Assembly: GCA_009914755.4 (NCBI GenBank)
Contig: CP086569.2
Coordinates: 10,528,001 to 10,592,000 of the forward strand
Origin: the human T2T-CHM13v2.0 reference genome, Homo sapiens
Direction of reading: 5' to 3'
DNA length: 64,000 nt
The position numbers and the translations under genes are program-made. The notes under the pieces are model-generated. The model saw only the letters and a list, made by a program, of their open reading frames with translations. It was not told the origin of the DNA and ran no database searches. This document shows positions 40,601 through 53,900 of this stretch, piece after piece (the first letter of the stretch is position 1; every line of letters begins with the position of its first letter).

Positions 40601-43600
40601 TCCACCATAGGCCTCAAAGTGCTCCAAATATCCACTTGCAGATTCTACAAAAAGAGTGTTTCAAAACTGCTCAATCAAAAGAAAGGTACAACTCTTTGTG
40701 ATGAATTCACTAATAACAAAGACGTTTCTCACAATGCTTCTCTGTAGTTTTTATGTGAAGATCTTTCCTTTTCTACCATAGGCATCAAAGCACTACAAAT
40801 ATCCAATAGCAGATTCTACAAAAAGAGTGTTTCAAAACTGCTCAATCAAATGAAACGTTCAACCCTGTGAGATGAATGCAGACATTAAAAGATAGTTTCT
40901 CATTATGGTTCTGGGTAGTTTTTATGTGAACTTATTTCCTTTTCCAAAATAGGCCGGAAAGGGCTCCAAGTATCCACTTGCAGATTCTACAAAAAGAGAT
41001 TCAAAACTCCTCAATCAAAAGATAGGTTGAACTCCGTGAGATTAATGCATACATCACAACGAAGTTTCTCAGAGGGCTTCATTGTAGTTTTATGGGAAGA
41101 TATTTCCTTTTCCACTATATGTCTCAAAGATATCCAAATATACACTTGCAGATTCTACAAAATGAGAGTTTCAAAACTGCTCTGTCAAAAAAAGAGGTTC
41201 AGCTGCATGAGTTGAATGCACACATCACAAAGAAGTTTCTCAGAATGCTTCTGTGTATTTTTTATGTTAAGATATTTTCTTTTCCACCATAGGCTGCAAA
41301 GGGCTCCAAATATCCACTTGCAGATTCTACAAAAAGAGATTTTCAAAACTGCTCAATCAAAAGAAAGGCTCAACTCTGTGAGATGAATGCACACAAAACA
41401 AAGGAGTTTCTGCAAATGCTTCTGTGTAGTTTTTAAGTGAAGATACTTCCTTTTCCACAATAGGTCTCGAAGCCCTCCAAATATCCAATTGTGGATTCTA
41501 CAAAAAGAGTGTTTCAAAACTGCTCAATCAAATGGAAGCTTCAACTCTAAGAAATGAATACACACCTGACAAAGAAGTTTCTCAGAATGCTTTTGTGTAG
41601 TTTTTTGGGGAAGGCGTTTTCCTTTCCACCATCGGTCACAAAGGCCTCCAAATAACCACATGCAGATTCTACACAAGGAGAGTTTCAAAACTGCTCTGTC
41701 AAAAGATAGGTTCAGCTCTGCGAGTTGAATGCACACATCACAGACAAGTTTCTCAGAATGCTTCTGTGTAGTTTTCATGTGAAGATATTTCCTTTTCCAC
41801 TTTAGGCCACAAAGCACTCCAAATATCCACTTGCAGAAACTACAAAAAGAGTCTTTCAAAACTGCTCAAGCAAAAGAAAAGTTCAACTCTGTGAGATGAA
41901 TGCACACATCACAAAGGAGTTTCTGAGAATGCTTCTGTGTAGTTTTTATGTGAAATATTTCCTTATCCACCATAGGCTTCAAAGTGCTCCAAATATTCAC
42001 TTGCAAATTATAAAAACAGAATTTTTCAAAAATGCTCAGTTAAAAGAATGTTTCAACACTGTGAGATGAATGCACACATCACAAAAAGTTTCTGGGAATG
42101 CTTCTGTGTGGTTTTTATGTGAGGATATTTCCTTTTCCACCATAGACTACAAAGGGCTCCAAATATCCACTTGCAGATTCTACAAAAAGAGAGTTTCGAA
42201 ATGCTCTATCAAAAGATAGGTTCAAATATGTGATATGAATGCACACATCACAAAGAATTTTCTCAGAATGCTTCTGTGTAGTTTTCATATGAAGATATTT
42301 CCTTTTCCACCGTAGGCCTCAAAGCACTCCAAATATCCACTTGCAGATTCTACAAAAAGAGATTTTCAAAACTAGTCAATCAAAAGAAAGGTTCAACTCT
42401 GTCAGTTGAATGCACATATCACAAACAAGTTTCTCGGAATGCGTCTGTGTAGTTTTTATGTGAAGATATTTCCTTCTCCACAACAGGCCTCAAAGTGCTC
42501 CGAATATCCACTTGCAGATTTTACTAAAGAGTGTTTCCAAACTGCTCAATCAAGAGGAAGTTTCAAGTCTGTGAGCTGAACGCACACATCACAAAGTAGT
42601 TTCTGAGAATGCTTCTGTGTAGTTTTTATGTGAAGATGTTTCCTTTTCCACCATAGGCTGCAAAGGGCTCCAAATATCCACTTGCAGATTCTACAAAAAG
42701 AGAGTTTCAAAAGTGCTCTATCAAAAGATAGGTTCAACTATGTGATATGAATGCACACATCACAAAGTAGTTTCTCAGAATGCTTCTGTGTAGTTTTTAT
42801 GTAAAGATATTTCCTTTTCCACCATAGGCCTCAAAGCACTCCAAATATCCACTTGCAGATTCTACAAAAAGAGATTTTCAAAACTATTTAATCAAAAGAA
42901 AGGTTCAAATCTGTCAGTTGAAGGTACATATCACAAACAAGTTTATTGGAATGCTTCTGTGTAGTTTTTATGTGAAGATATTTCCTTTTCCACAACAGGC
43001 CTCAAGGTGCTCCAAATATCCACTTGCAGATTTCACTAAAAGTGTGTTTCCAAGCTGCTCAATCAAGAGGAAGTTTCAAGTCTGTGAGGTGAATGCACAC
43101 ATTACAAAGAAGTTACTGAGAATGCTTCTGTGTAGTTTTTATGTGAAGATATTTCCTTTTCCACCGCAGGCCTCAAAGCGCTGCAAATATCCACTTGCAG
43201 ATTCTACAAAAAGAGAGTTTCAAAACTGCTGTATCAAAAGATAGGGTCAACTCTGCGAGTTGAATAAACACATCACAAATAAGTTTCTGGGAACGCTTCT
43301 GTATAGTTTTATGTGAATATATTTCCTTTTCCACCATATGCCTCAAAGCACTCCAAATATCCACTTGCACATTATAGAAACATAGTCTTTCAAAACTTGT
43401 CAATCAAAGAAAGGTTCAACTCCGTGAGATGAGTGCACACATCACAGAGAAGTTTCTCGGAATGTTTCTGTGTAGTTTTTATGTGAAGATATTGCCTTTT
43501 CCACAATAGGCCTCAAAGCGTTCCAAATATCCAATTGCAGATTCCACAAAAAAAGTTTTTTAAAACTGCTCAATCAAATGATAGATTAAACTCTGTGAGA

Positions 43601-45144
43601 TTAGTGCACACATGTCAAAAAAGTTTCTCAGAATGCTTCTGTGTACTTTTTAGGGGAAGATATTTCCTTTTCCACCATCGGCCACAAAGGACTCCAAATA
43701 ACCACATGCAGATTCTAGTAACACAGAGTTTCAAAACTGCTCTATCAAAAGATAAGTTCAACTCTGAGAGTTTAGTGCAACCATCGTGAAGAAGTTTCTC
43801 AGAATGCTTCTGAGTAGTGTTTATGTGAAGATATTTCCTTTTCCACCATAGGCCTGAAAGCCCTCCAAATATCCACTTGCAGATCCTACAAAAAGAAAGT
43901 TTCGAAATGCTCTCTCAAACGATAGTTTCGACTCTGTGGTATGAATACACACATCACAAAGAAGTTTCTCAGAATGCTTCTGTGTAGTTTTTAAATGAAG
44001 ATATTTCTTTTTCCACCATAGGCCTCAAAGCACTCCAAATATGCACTTCCAGATTCTACAAAAAGAGTGTTTCAGAACTGCTCAATCAAAAGGAAGGTTC
44101 CAGTCTGAGACAAATACACACATCAAAAGGTAGTTTCTCAGAATGCTTCTGTGTAGTTTTTATGTGAAGATATTTTCCTTTCCACCATAGGCCACAAATG
44201 GCTCTAAATACCCACTTACATTTTCCACAAAAAGAGAGTTTCAAAACTGCTCTACCAAAGGTAAGTTTAACGCTGTGAGTTAAGAACATCACAAAGAAGT
44301 TTCTCAGAATGCTTCTGTGTAGTTCTTACGTAAAGATATTTCCTTTTACACAATAGGCAGAAAAGTGCTCCAAATATCCACTTGAAGATTCTACAAAAAC
44401 CGTGTTTCAAAACTGCCGAATCAAAAGAAAGGTTCAACTCTGTGAGATGAATGCACACATAACAAAGGAGTTTCTCAGAATGCTTCTGTGTAGCTTTTAT
44501 ATGAAGACATTTAGTTTTCCACAACAGGCCTCAAAGCTCTCTCCATATCCACTTGCAGATTCTACCGAAAGAGTGCTTCCAAACTGCTCAATCAAAAGAG
44601 ACATTCAAATCTGTGAGGTGAATGCAGACATCGTAAAGAAGTTTCTCAGAATGCTTCTGTGTATTTTTTGTGTGAAGTTATTCGTTTTTGCACCATAGGC
44701 CTCCAAGCGTTCTAAATATCCACTTCTAGATTCTACAAAAAGAGAGTTTCAAAACTACTCAAACAAAAGGTTCAATTCTGTGAGTTGAAAGCAAACATCA
44801 CAAAGAAGTTTCTCAGAATGCGTCTGTGTAGTTTTGATGTGAAGATATTTCCTTTTCACAGTAGAATGCAAAGGGCTCCAAATATCCACTTGGAGATTCT
44901 ACAAAAAGAGTTTCAAAACCGCTCTGTCAAATGATAGGTTGAACTCCCGGAGGTGAATACACACATCACAAAGAGGTTTCTCAGCATGCTTCTGTGTAGT
45001 TTTTATGTAAACATATTTCCGTTTCTATCATAGGCCTCAAAGTGCTCCAAATATTCACTTGTACATTCTACCAAACGAGTATTTCAAAACTGCTCAATCA
45101 AATGGAAGGTTCAAAACCGTGACATGAATGCCCACATCACAAAG
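37655..45144. repeat. HOR copy 1, a 7490-bp variant (~44 monomers). It contains ~1705 bp (10 monomers) absent from later copies.
   Basis: 40248→42546 spans 2298 bp here but 593 bp in later copies (47738→48331). The extra block lies between ~40575 and ~42285. Confidence 0.88.
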
Positions 45145-48100
45145 TAGTTTCTCAGAATGCTTCTGTGTAGTTTTTATGTGAAGATATTTCCTTTTCCACA
45201 ACAGCGTGCAAAACGCTTCAAATATGCCCTTAGAGATTCCACAAAAAGAGTGTTTCCAAACTACTCAAATCAAAAAATGATTTCAACTCTGTGAGATGAA
45301 TGCACACATCACAAACTAGTTTCTCAGAATGTTTCTGCCTGGTTCTCATGCGAAGATAGTTCCTTTTTCACCATAGGCCGCAATGTACTCCAAATATCCA
45401 CCTGCAGATTCTACAAAAGTGAGTTTCAAAACTGCTCTATCAAAAGATCAGTTCGTCTCTGTGAGTTGAATGCATACATCAAAAAGAAGCTTCTCAAAAT
45501 GCTTCTGTGTGGTTTTTCGGTGAAGATAGTTCTTTTTCTACCATAGGTCTCAAACCACTCCAAATATCCACTTGTAGATTCTATAAAAAGGAATGTTCAA
45601 AATTGCTCAATAAAAATAAAGTTTCAACACCGTGAGATGAGTGCACAAATCACAAAGGAGTTTCTCAAAATGCTTCTGGGTAGTTTTTCTGTGAAGATAG
45701 TTCCTTTTCTACCATGGGCCACAAAGGGCTCCAAATACCCACTTGCAGATTCTACAAAAAGAGAGTTTCACAACTGCTCTATCAAACAATATGTTCAACT
45801 TTGTGGGTTGAACACAAATATCACAAGAATTTTCTCCCAATGCTTCTGTGTAGTTTTTATGTGAAGACATTTCTTTTCCCTCCATAGTCCACAAAGTGCT
45901 CCAAATATCCACTTACATATTCTAGAAAAAGATTGCTTGGAAACTGCACAATGAAAAGAAAGGTTCAAATATATGAGATGAATGCACACATCACAAAGAA
46001 GTTTCTCAGAATCTCTCTGTGTAATTTTTATGTGAAGATATTTCCTTTCCCACCTTAGGTCTTAAAACGCTCCAAATATCCACTTGCAGATACTACAAGA
46101 AGATTGTTTCAAAACTGCACAAAAAAAGAAATGTTCAATTCTGTTTGATGAATGCACACATCACAAAGAAGTTTCTCAGAATGCTTCTCTGTAGTTTTTA
46201 TGTGAAGATATTTCCTTTTCCACAATAGGCCTCAAAGGGCTCCAAATATCCACTTCCAGATTCTATGAAAAGAATATTTCCAAACTGCTCAATCATAGGA
46301 AATGTTCAACTCTGTGAGATGAATGCACACATCACAAGAAATTTCTCAGAATCCTTCAGTGTAGGTTTTATGAGAAGATAATTCCTTTTCCACAATAGTT
46401 CTCAAAGCACTCAAAATATCCACTTGCAGATTCTACAAAAGGAGTATTTCAAAACTGCTCAATCAAAAGAAAGGTTCAACTCTGTGAGATGAATGGACAC
46501 ATCACAAAGAAGTTTCTCAGAATGCTTCTGTGTAGTATTTTTGTGAAGATATTTCTTTTCCACCATAGACCGCCAGGGGACACAAATATCCACTTTCAGA
46601 TTCTACAACAAGAGAGGTTCAAAACTACTCGATCAAGAGATGGTTTCAACTATGTGAGTTGAATGCACACATCACAAAGAACTATGTCGGAATTCTTCTG
46701 TGTAGTTTTTATGTGAAGATATTTCCTTTTCCACAATAGACGTCAAAGTGATCCAGATATCCACTTGCAGATTCCACAAAAAGAGTGTTTCAAAAGTGCA
46801 CAACCAAAAGAAAGGTTCAACTAGGTGAGATGAATGCACACATCAGAAGGAAGTTTCTCAGAATGCTTCTGCATAGCTTTTAAGGGAAGATACTTCCTTT
46901 TCCAACATAGGCCTCAAAGCACTCCAAATATCCTCCTGGAGATACCACAAAAAGAGTGTTTGCAAACTGCTCAATCAAAAGAAAGATTTAACTCTGTGAG
47001 ATGAATCCACACATGACAAAGAAGTTTCTCAGAATGCTTCTGTGTAGTTTTTATGTGAAGATATTTCCTTTTCCACAATAAGACCCAAAAGGCTCCAAAT
47101 ATTCACTTGCAGATTCTAAAAAAAACAGTGTTTCAAAACTGCTCAATCAAAAGATAGTTCAACTCTGTGAGAAGAATGCTCACATCACTGAGAAGTTTCT
47201 CAGAATGCTTCTGTGTAGTTTTTATATGAAGATATTTCCTTTCCCACCGTAGGCCACAAAAGGCTCCAAATATCCACTTGCAGATACTATGAAAAGAGAG
47301 TTTCAAAACTGCTCATTCAAAAGATAGGTTCAACTCTGTGGTTTGAATGCACACAGCACAAAGAAGTTTCACAGAATGTGTCTGTGTAGTTTTTATGTGC
47401 GGATGTTTCCTTTTCCACCATATGCCTAAATATTTCCCAATTTCCACTTGCAGATTCTACAAGAAGAGTGTTTCAAAACTGCTGTATCAAATAAAGTTGA
47501 ACTCTGTGAGGTGAATGCACACAGCACAAAATGGTTTCTCAGAATGCTTCCTTGTTGTTTTTATATGAAGATGTTTCCTTTTCAACAATAGGCCTCAAAG
47601 TGCTTCAAATGTCCACTTGCAGATTCTACAAAAAGAGTGTTTCAAAACTGCTCAATCAAAAGAAAGGTTCGACTCTGGGAAATTAATGCACACATCACAA
47701 AGAAGTTTCTCAGCTTCTGTGTAGTTTTCATGTGAAGTTATTTCCTTTTCCACAATAGGCCGCAAAGGGCTCCAAATATCAACTTACAGATTCTAGGAAA
47801 AGAGAGTTTCAAAACTGCTCTACGAAAAGATAGGTTGAACTCTGTGAGATGAATGCACACATCACAAAGAAGTTTCTCAGAATGCATCTGTGTAGTTTTT
47901 ACGGGAAGATATTTCCTTTTCCACCATCTTCCACAAAGGTCTCCAAGTAACCACTTGCAGATTCTACAGAAAGACACTTTAAAAACTGCTCTATCAAAAG
48001 ATCAGTTCAAGTCTGTGGTTTGAATGCACACATCACAAAGAATTTTCTCAGAATGCTTCTGTGTAGTTTTCATATGAAGATATTTCCTTTTCCACCATAG

Positions 48101-50929
48101 GCCTCAAAGCACTCCAAATATCCACTTGCAGATTCTACAAAAAGAGATTTTCAAAACTAGTCAATCAAAAGAAAGGTTCAACTCTGTCAGTTGAATGCAC
48201 ATATCACAAACAAGTTTCTCGGAATGCGTCTGTGTAGTTTTTATGTGAAGATATTTCCTTCTCCACAACAGGCCTCAAAGTGCTCCGAATATCCACTTGC
48301 AGATTTTACTAAAGAGTGTTTCCAAACTGCTCAATCAAGAGGAAGTTTCAAGTCTGTGAGCTGAACGCACACATCACAAAGTAGTTTCTGAGAATGCTTC
48401 TGTGTAGTTTTTATGTGAAGATGTTTCCTTTTCCACCATAGGCTGCAAAGGGCTCCAAATATCCACTTGCAGATTCTACAAAAAGAGAGTTTCAAAAGTG
48501 CTCTATCAAAAGATAGGTTCAACTATGTGATATGAATGCACACATCACAAAGTAGTTTCTCAGAATGCTTCTGTGTAGTTTTTATGTAAAGATATTTCCT
48601 TTTCCACCATAGGCCTCAAAGCACTCCAAATATCCACTTGCAGATTCTACAAAAAGAGATTTTCAAAACTATTTAATCAAAAGAAAGGTTCAAATCTGTC
48701 AGTTGAAGGTACATATCACAAACAAGTTTATTGGAATGCTTCTGTGTAGTTTTTATGTGAAGATATTTCCTTTTCCACAACAGGCCTCAAGGTGCTCCAA
48801 ATATCCACTTGCAGATTTCACTAAAAGTGTGTTTCCAAGCTGCTCAATCAAGAGGAAGTTTCAAGTCTGTGAGGTGAATGCACACATTACAAAGAAGTTA
48901 CTGAGAATGCTTCTGTGTAGTTTTTATGTGAAGATATTTCCTTTTCCACCGCAGGCCTCAAAGCGCTGCAAATATCCACTTGCAGATTCTACAAAAAGAG
49001 AGTTTCAAAACTGCTGTATCAAAAGATAGGGTCAACTCTGCGAGTTGAATAAACACATCACAAATAAGTTTCTGGGAACGCTTCTGTATAGTTTTATGTG
49101 AATATATTTCCTTTTCCACCATATGCCTCAAAGCACTCCAAATATCCACTTGCACATTATAGAAACATAGTCTTTCAAAACTTGTCAATCAAAGAAAGGT
49201 TCAACTCCGTGAGATGAGTGCACACATCACAGAGAAGTTTCTCGGAATGTTTCTGTGTAGTTTTTATGTGAAGATATTGCCTTTTCCACAATAGGCCTCA
49301 AAGCGTTCCAAATATCCAATTGCAGATTCCACAAAAAAAGTTTTTTAAAACTGCTCAATCAAATGATAGATTAAACTCTGTGAGATTAGTGCACACATGT
49401 CAAAAAAGTTTCTCAGAATGCTTCTGTGTACTTTTTAGGGGAAGATATTTCCTTTTCCACCATCGGCCACAAAGGACTCCAAATAACCACATGCAGATTC
49501 TAGTAACACAGAGTTTCAAAACTGCTCTATCAAAAGATAAGTTCAACTCTGAGAGTTTAGTGCAACCATCGTGAAGAAGTTTCTCAGAATGCTTCTGAGT
49601 AGTGTTTATGTGAAGATATTTCCTTTTCCACCATAGGCCTGAAAGCCCTCCAAATATCCACTTGCAGATCCTACAAAAAGAAAGTTTCGAAATGCTCTCT
49701 CAAACGATAGTTTCGACTCTGTGGTATGAATACACACATCACAAAGAAGTTTCTCAGAATGCTTCTGTGTAGTTTTTAAATGAAGATATTTCTTTTTCCA
49801 CCATAGGCCTCAAAGCACTCCAAATATGCACTTCCAGATTCTACAAAAAGAGTGTTTCAGAACTGCTCAATCAAAAGGAAGGTTCCAGTCTGAGACAAAT
49901 ACACACATCAAAAGGTAGTTTCTCAGAATGCTTCTGTGTAGTTTTTATGTGAAGATATTTTCCTTTCCACCATAGGCCACAAATGGCTCTAAATACCCAC
50001 TTACATTTTCCACAAAAAGAGAGTTTCAAAACTGCTCTACCAAAGGTAAGTTTAACGCTGTGAGTTAAGAACATCACAAAGAAGTTTCTCAGAATGCTTC
50101 TGTGTAGTTCTTACGTAAAGATATTTCCTTTTACACAATAGGCAGAAAAGTGCTCCAAATATCCACTTGAAGATTCTACAAAAACCGTGTTTCAAAACTG
50201 CCGAATCAAAAGAAAGGTTCAACTCTGTGAGATGAATGCACACATAACAAAGGAGTTTCTCAGAATGCTTCTGTGTAGCTTTTATATGAAGACATTTAGT
50301 TTTCCACAACAGGCCTCAAAGCTCTCTCCATATCCACTTGCAGATTCTACCGAAAGAGTGCTTCCAAACTGCTCAATCAAAAGAGACATTCAAATCTGTG
50401 AGGTGAATGCAGACATCGTAAAGAAGTTTCTCAGAATGCTTCTGTGTATTTTTTGTGTGAAGTTATTCGTTTTTGCACCATAGGCCTCCAAGCGTTCTAA
50501 ATATCCACTTCTAGATTCTACAAAAAGAGAGTTTCAAAACTACTCAAACAAAAGGTTCAATTCTGTGAGTTGAAAGCAAACATCACAAAGAAGTTTCTCA
50601 GAATGCGTCTGTGTAGTTTTGATGTGAAGATATTTCCTTTTCACAGTAGAATGCAAAGGGCTCCAAATATCCACTTGGAGATTCTACAAAAAGAGTTTCA
50701 AAACCGCTCTGTCAAATGATAGGTTGAACTCCCGGAGGTGAATACACACATCACAAAGAGGTTTCTCAGCATGCTTCTGTGTAGTTTTTATGTAAACATA
50801 TTTCCGTTTCTATCATAGGCCTCAAAGTGCTCCAAATATTCACTTGTACATTCTACCAAACGAGTATTTCAAAACTGCTCAATCAAATGGAAGGTTCAAA
50901 ACCGTGACATGAATGCCCACATCACAAAG
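45145..50929. repeat. HOR copy 2 (5785 bp).
   Basis: Exact 5785-bp offset to copies 3 and 4. Confidence 0.9.
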
Positions 50930-53900
50930 TAGTTTCTCAGAATGCTTCTGTGTAGTTTTTATGTGAAGATATTTCCTTTTCCACAACAGCGTGCAAAACG
51001 CTTCAAATATGCCCTTAGAGATTCCACAAAAAGAGTGTTTCCAAACTACTCAAATCAAAAAATGATTTCAACTCTGTGAGATGAATGCACACATCACAAA
51101 CTAGTTTCTCAGAATGTTTCTGCCTGGTTCTCATGCGAAGATAGTTCCTTTTTCACCATAGGCCGCAATGTACTCCAAATATCCACCTGCAGATTCTACA
51201 AAAGTGAGTTTCAAAACTGCTCTATCAAAAGATCAGTTCGTCTCTGTGAGTTGAATGCATACATCAAAAAGAAGCTTCTCAAAATGCTTCTGTGTGGTTT
51301 TTCGGTGAAGATAGTTCTTTTTCTACCATAGGTCTCAAACCACTCCAAATATCCACTTGTAGATTCTATAAAAAGGAATGTTCAAAATTGCTCAATAAAA
51401 ATAAAGTTTCAACACCGTGAGATGAGTGCACAAATCACAAAGGAGTTTCTCAAAATGCTTCTGGGTAGTTTTTCTGTGAAGATAGTTCCTTTTCTACCAT
51501 GGGCCACAAAGGGCTCCAAATACCCACTTGCAGATTCTACAAAAAGAGAGTTTCACAACTGCTCTATCAAACAATATGTTCAACTTTGTGGGTTGAACAC
51601 AAATATCACAAGAATTTTCTCCCAATGCTTCTGTGTAGTTTTTATGTGAAGACATTTCTTTTCCCTCCATAGTCCACAAAGTGCTCCAAATATCCACTTA
51701 CATATTCTAGAAAAAGATTGCTTGGAAACTGCACAATGAAAAGAAAGGTTCAAATATATGAGATGAATGCACACATCACAAAGAAGTTTCTCAGAATCTC
51801 TCTGTGTAATTTTTATGTGAAGATATTTCCTTTCCCACCTTAGGTCTTAAAACGCTCCAAATATCCACTTGCAGATACTACAAGAAGATTGTTTCAAAAC
51901 TGCACAAAAAAAGAAATGTTCAATTCTGTTTGATGAATGCACACATCACAAAGAAGTTTCTCAGAATGCTTCTCTGTAGTTTTTATGTGAAGATATTTCC
52001 TTTTCCACAATAGGCCTCAAAGGGCTCCAAATATCCACTTCCAGATTCTATGAAAAGAATATTTCCAAACTGCTCAATCATAGGAAATGTTCAACTCTGT
52101 GAGATGAATGCACACATCACAAGAAATTTCTCAGAATCCTTCAGTGTAGGTTTTATGAGAAGATAATTCCTTTTCCACAATAGTTCTCAAAGCACTCAAA
52201 ATATCCACTTGCAGATTCTACAAAAGGAGTATTTCAAAACTGCTCAATCAAAAGAAAGGTTCAACTCTGTGAGATGAATGGACACATCACAAAGAAGTTT
52301 CTCAGAATGCTTCTGTGTAGTATTTTTGTGAAGATATTTCTTTTCCACCATAGACCGCCAGGGGACACAAATATCCACTTTCAGATTCTACAACAAGAGA
52401 GGTTCAAAACTACTCGATCAAGAGATGGTTTCAACTATGTGAGTTGAATGCACACATCACAAAGAACTATGTCGGAATTCTTCTGTGTAGTTTTTATGTG
52501 AAGATATTTCCTTTTCCACAATAGACGTCAAAGTGATCCAGATATCCACTTGCAGATTCCACAAAAAGAGTGTTTCAAAAGTGCACAACCAAAAGAAAGG
52601 TTCAACTAGGTGAGATGAATGCACACATCAGAAGGAAGTTTCTCAGAATGCTTCTGCATAGCTTTTAAGGGAAGATACTTCCTTTTCCAACATAGGCCTC
52701 AAAGCACTCCAAATATCCTCCTGGAGATACCACAAAAAGAGTGTTTGCAAACTGCTCAATCAAAAGAAAGATTTAACTCTGTGAGATGAATCCACACATG
52801 ACAAAGAAGTTTCTCAGAATGCTTCTGTGTAGTTTTTATGTGAAGATATTTCCTTTTCCACAATAAGACCCAAAAGGCTCCAAATATTCACTTGCAGATT
52901 CTAAAAAAAACAGTGTTTCAAAACTGCTCAATCAAAAGATAGTTCAACTCTGTGAGAAGAATGCTCACATCACTGAGAAGTTTCTCAGAATGCTTCTGTG
53001 TAGTTTTTATATGAAGATATTTCCTTTCCCACCGTAGGCCACAAAAGGCTCCAAATATCCACTTGCAGATACTATGAAAAGAGAGTTTCAAAACTGCTCA
53101 TTCAAAAGATAGGTTCAACTCTGTGGTTTGAATGCACACAGCACAAAGAAGTTTCACAGAATGTGTCTGTGTAGTTTTTATGTGCGGATGTTTCCTTTTC
53201 CACCATATGCCTAAATATTTCCCAATTTCCACTTGCAGATTCCACAAGAAGAGTGTTTCAAAACTGCTGTATCAAATAAAGTTGAACTCTGTGAGGTGAA
53301 TGCACACAGCACAAAATGGTTTCTCAGAATGCTTCCTTGTTGTTTTTATATGAAGATGTTTCCTTTTCAACAATAGGCCTCAAAGTGCTTCAAATGTCCA
53401 CTTGCAGATTCTACAAAAAGAGTGTTTCAAAACTGCTCAATCAAAAGAAAGGTTCGACTCTGGGAAATTAATGCACACATCACAAAGAAGTTTCTCAGCT
53501 TCTGTGTAGTTTTCATGTGAAGTTATTTCCTTTTCCACAATAGGCCGCAAAGGGCTCCAAATATCAACTTACAGATTCTAGGAAAAGAGAGTTTCAAAAC
53601 TGCTCTACGAAAAGATAGGTTGAACTCTGTGAGATGAATGCACACATCACAAAGAAGTTTCTCAGAATGCATCTGTGTAGTTTTTACGGGAAGACATTTC
53701 CTTTTCCACCATCTTCCACAAAGGTCTCCAAGTAACCACTTGCAGATTCTACAGAAAGACACTTTAAAAACTGCTCTATCAAAAGATCAGTTCAAGTCTG
53801 TGGTTTGAATGCACACATCACAAAGAATTTTCTCAGAATGCTTCTGTGTAGTTTTCATATGAAGATATTTCCTTTTCCACCATAGGCCTCAAAGCACTCC

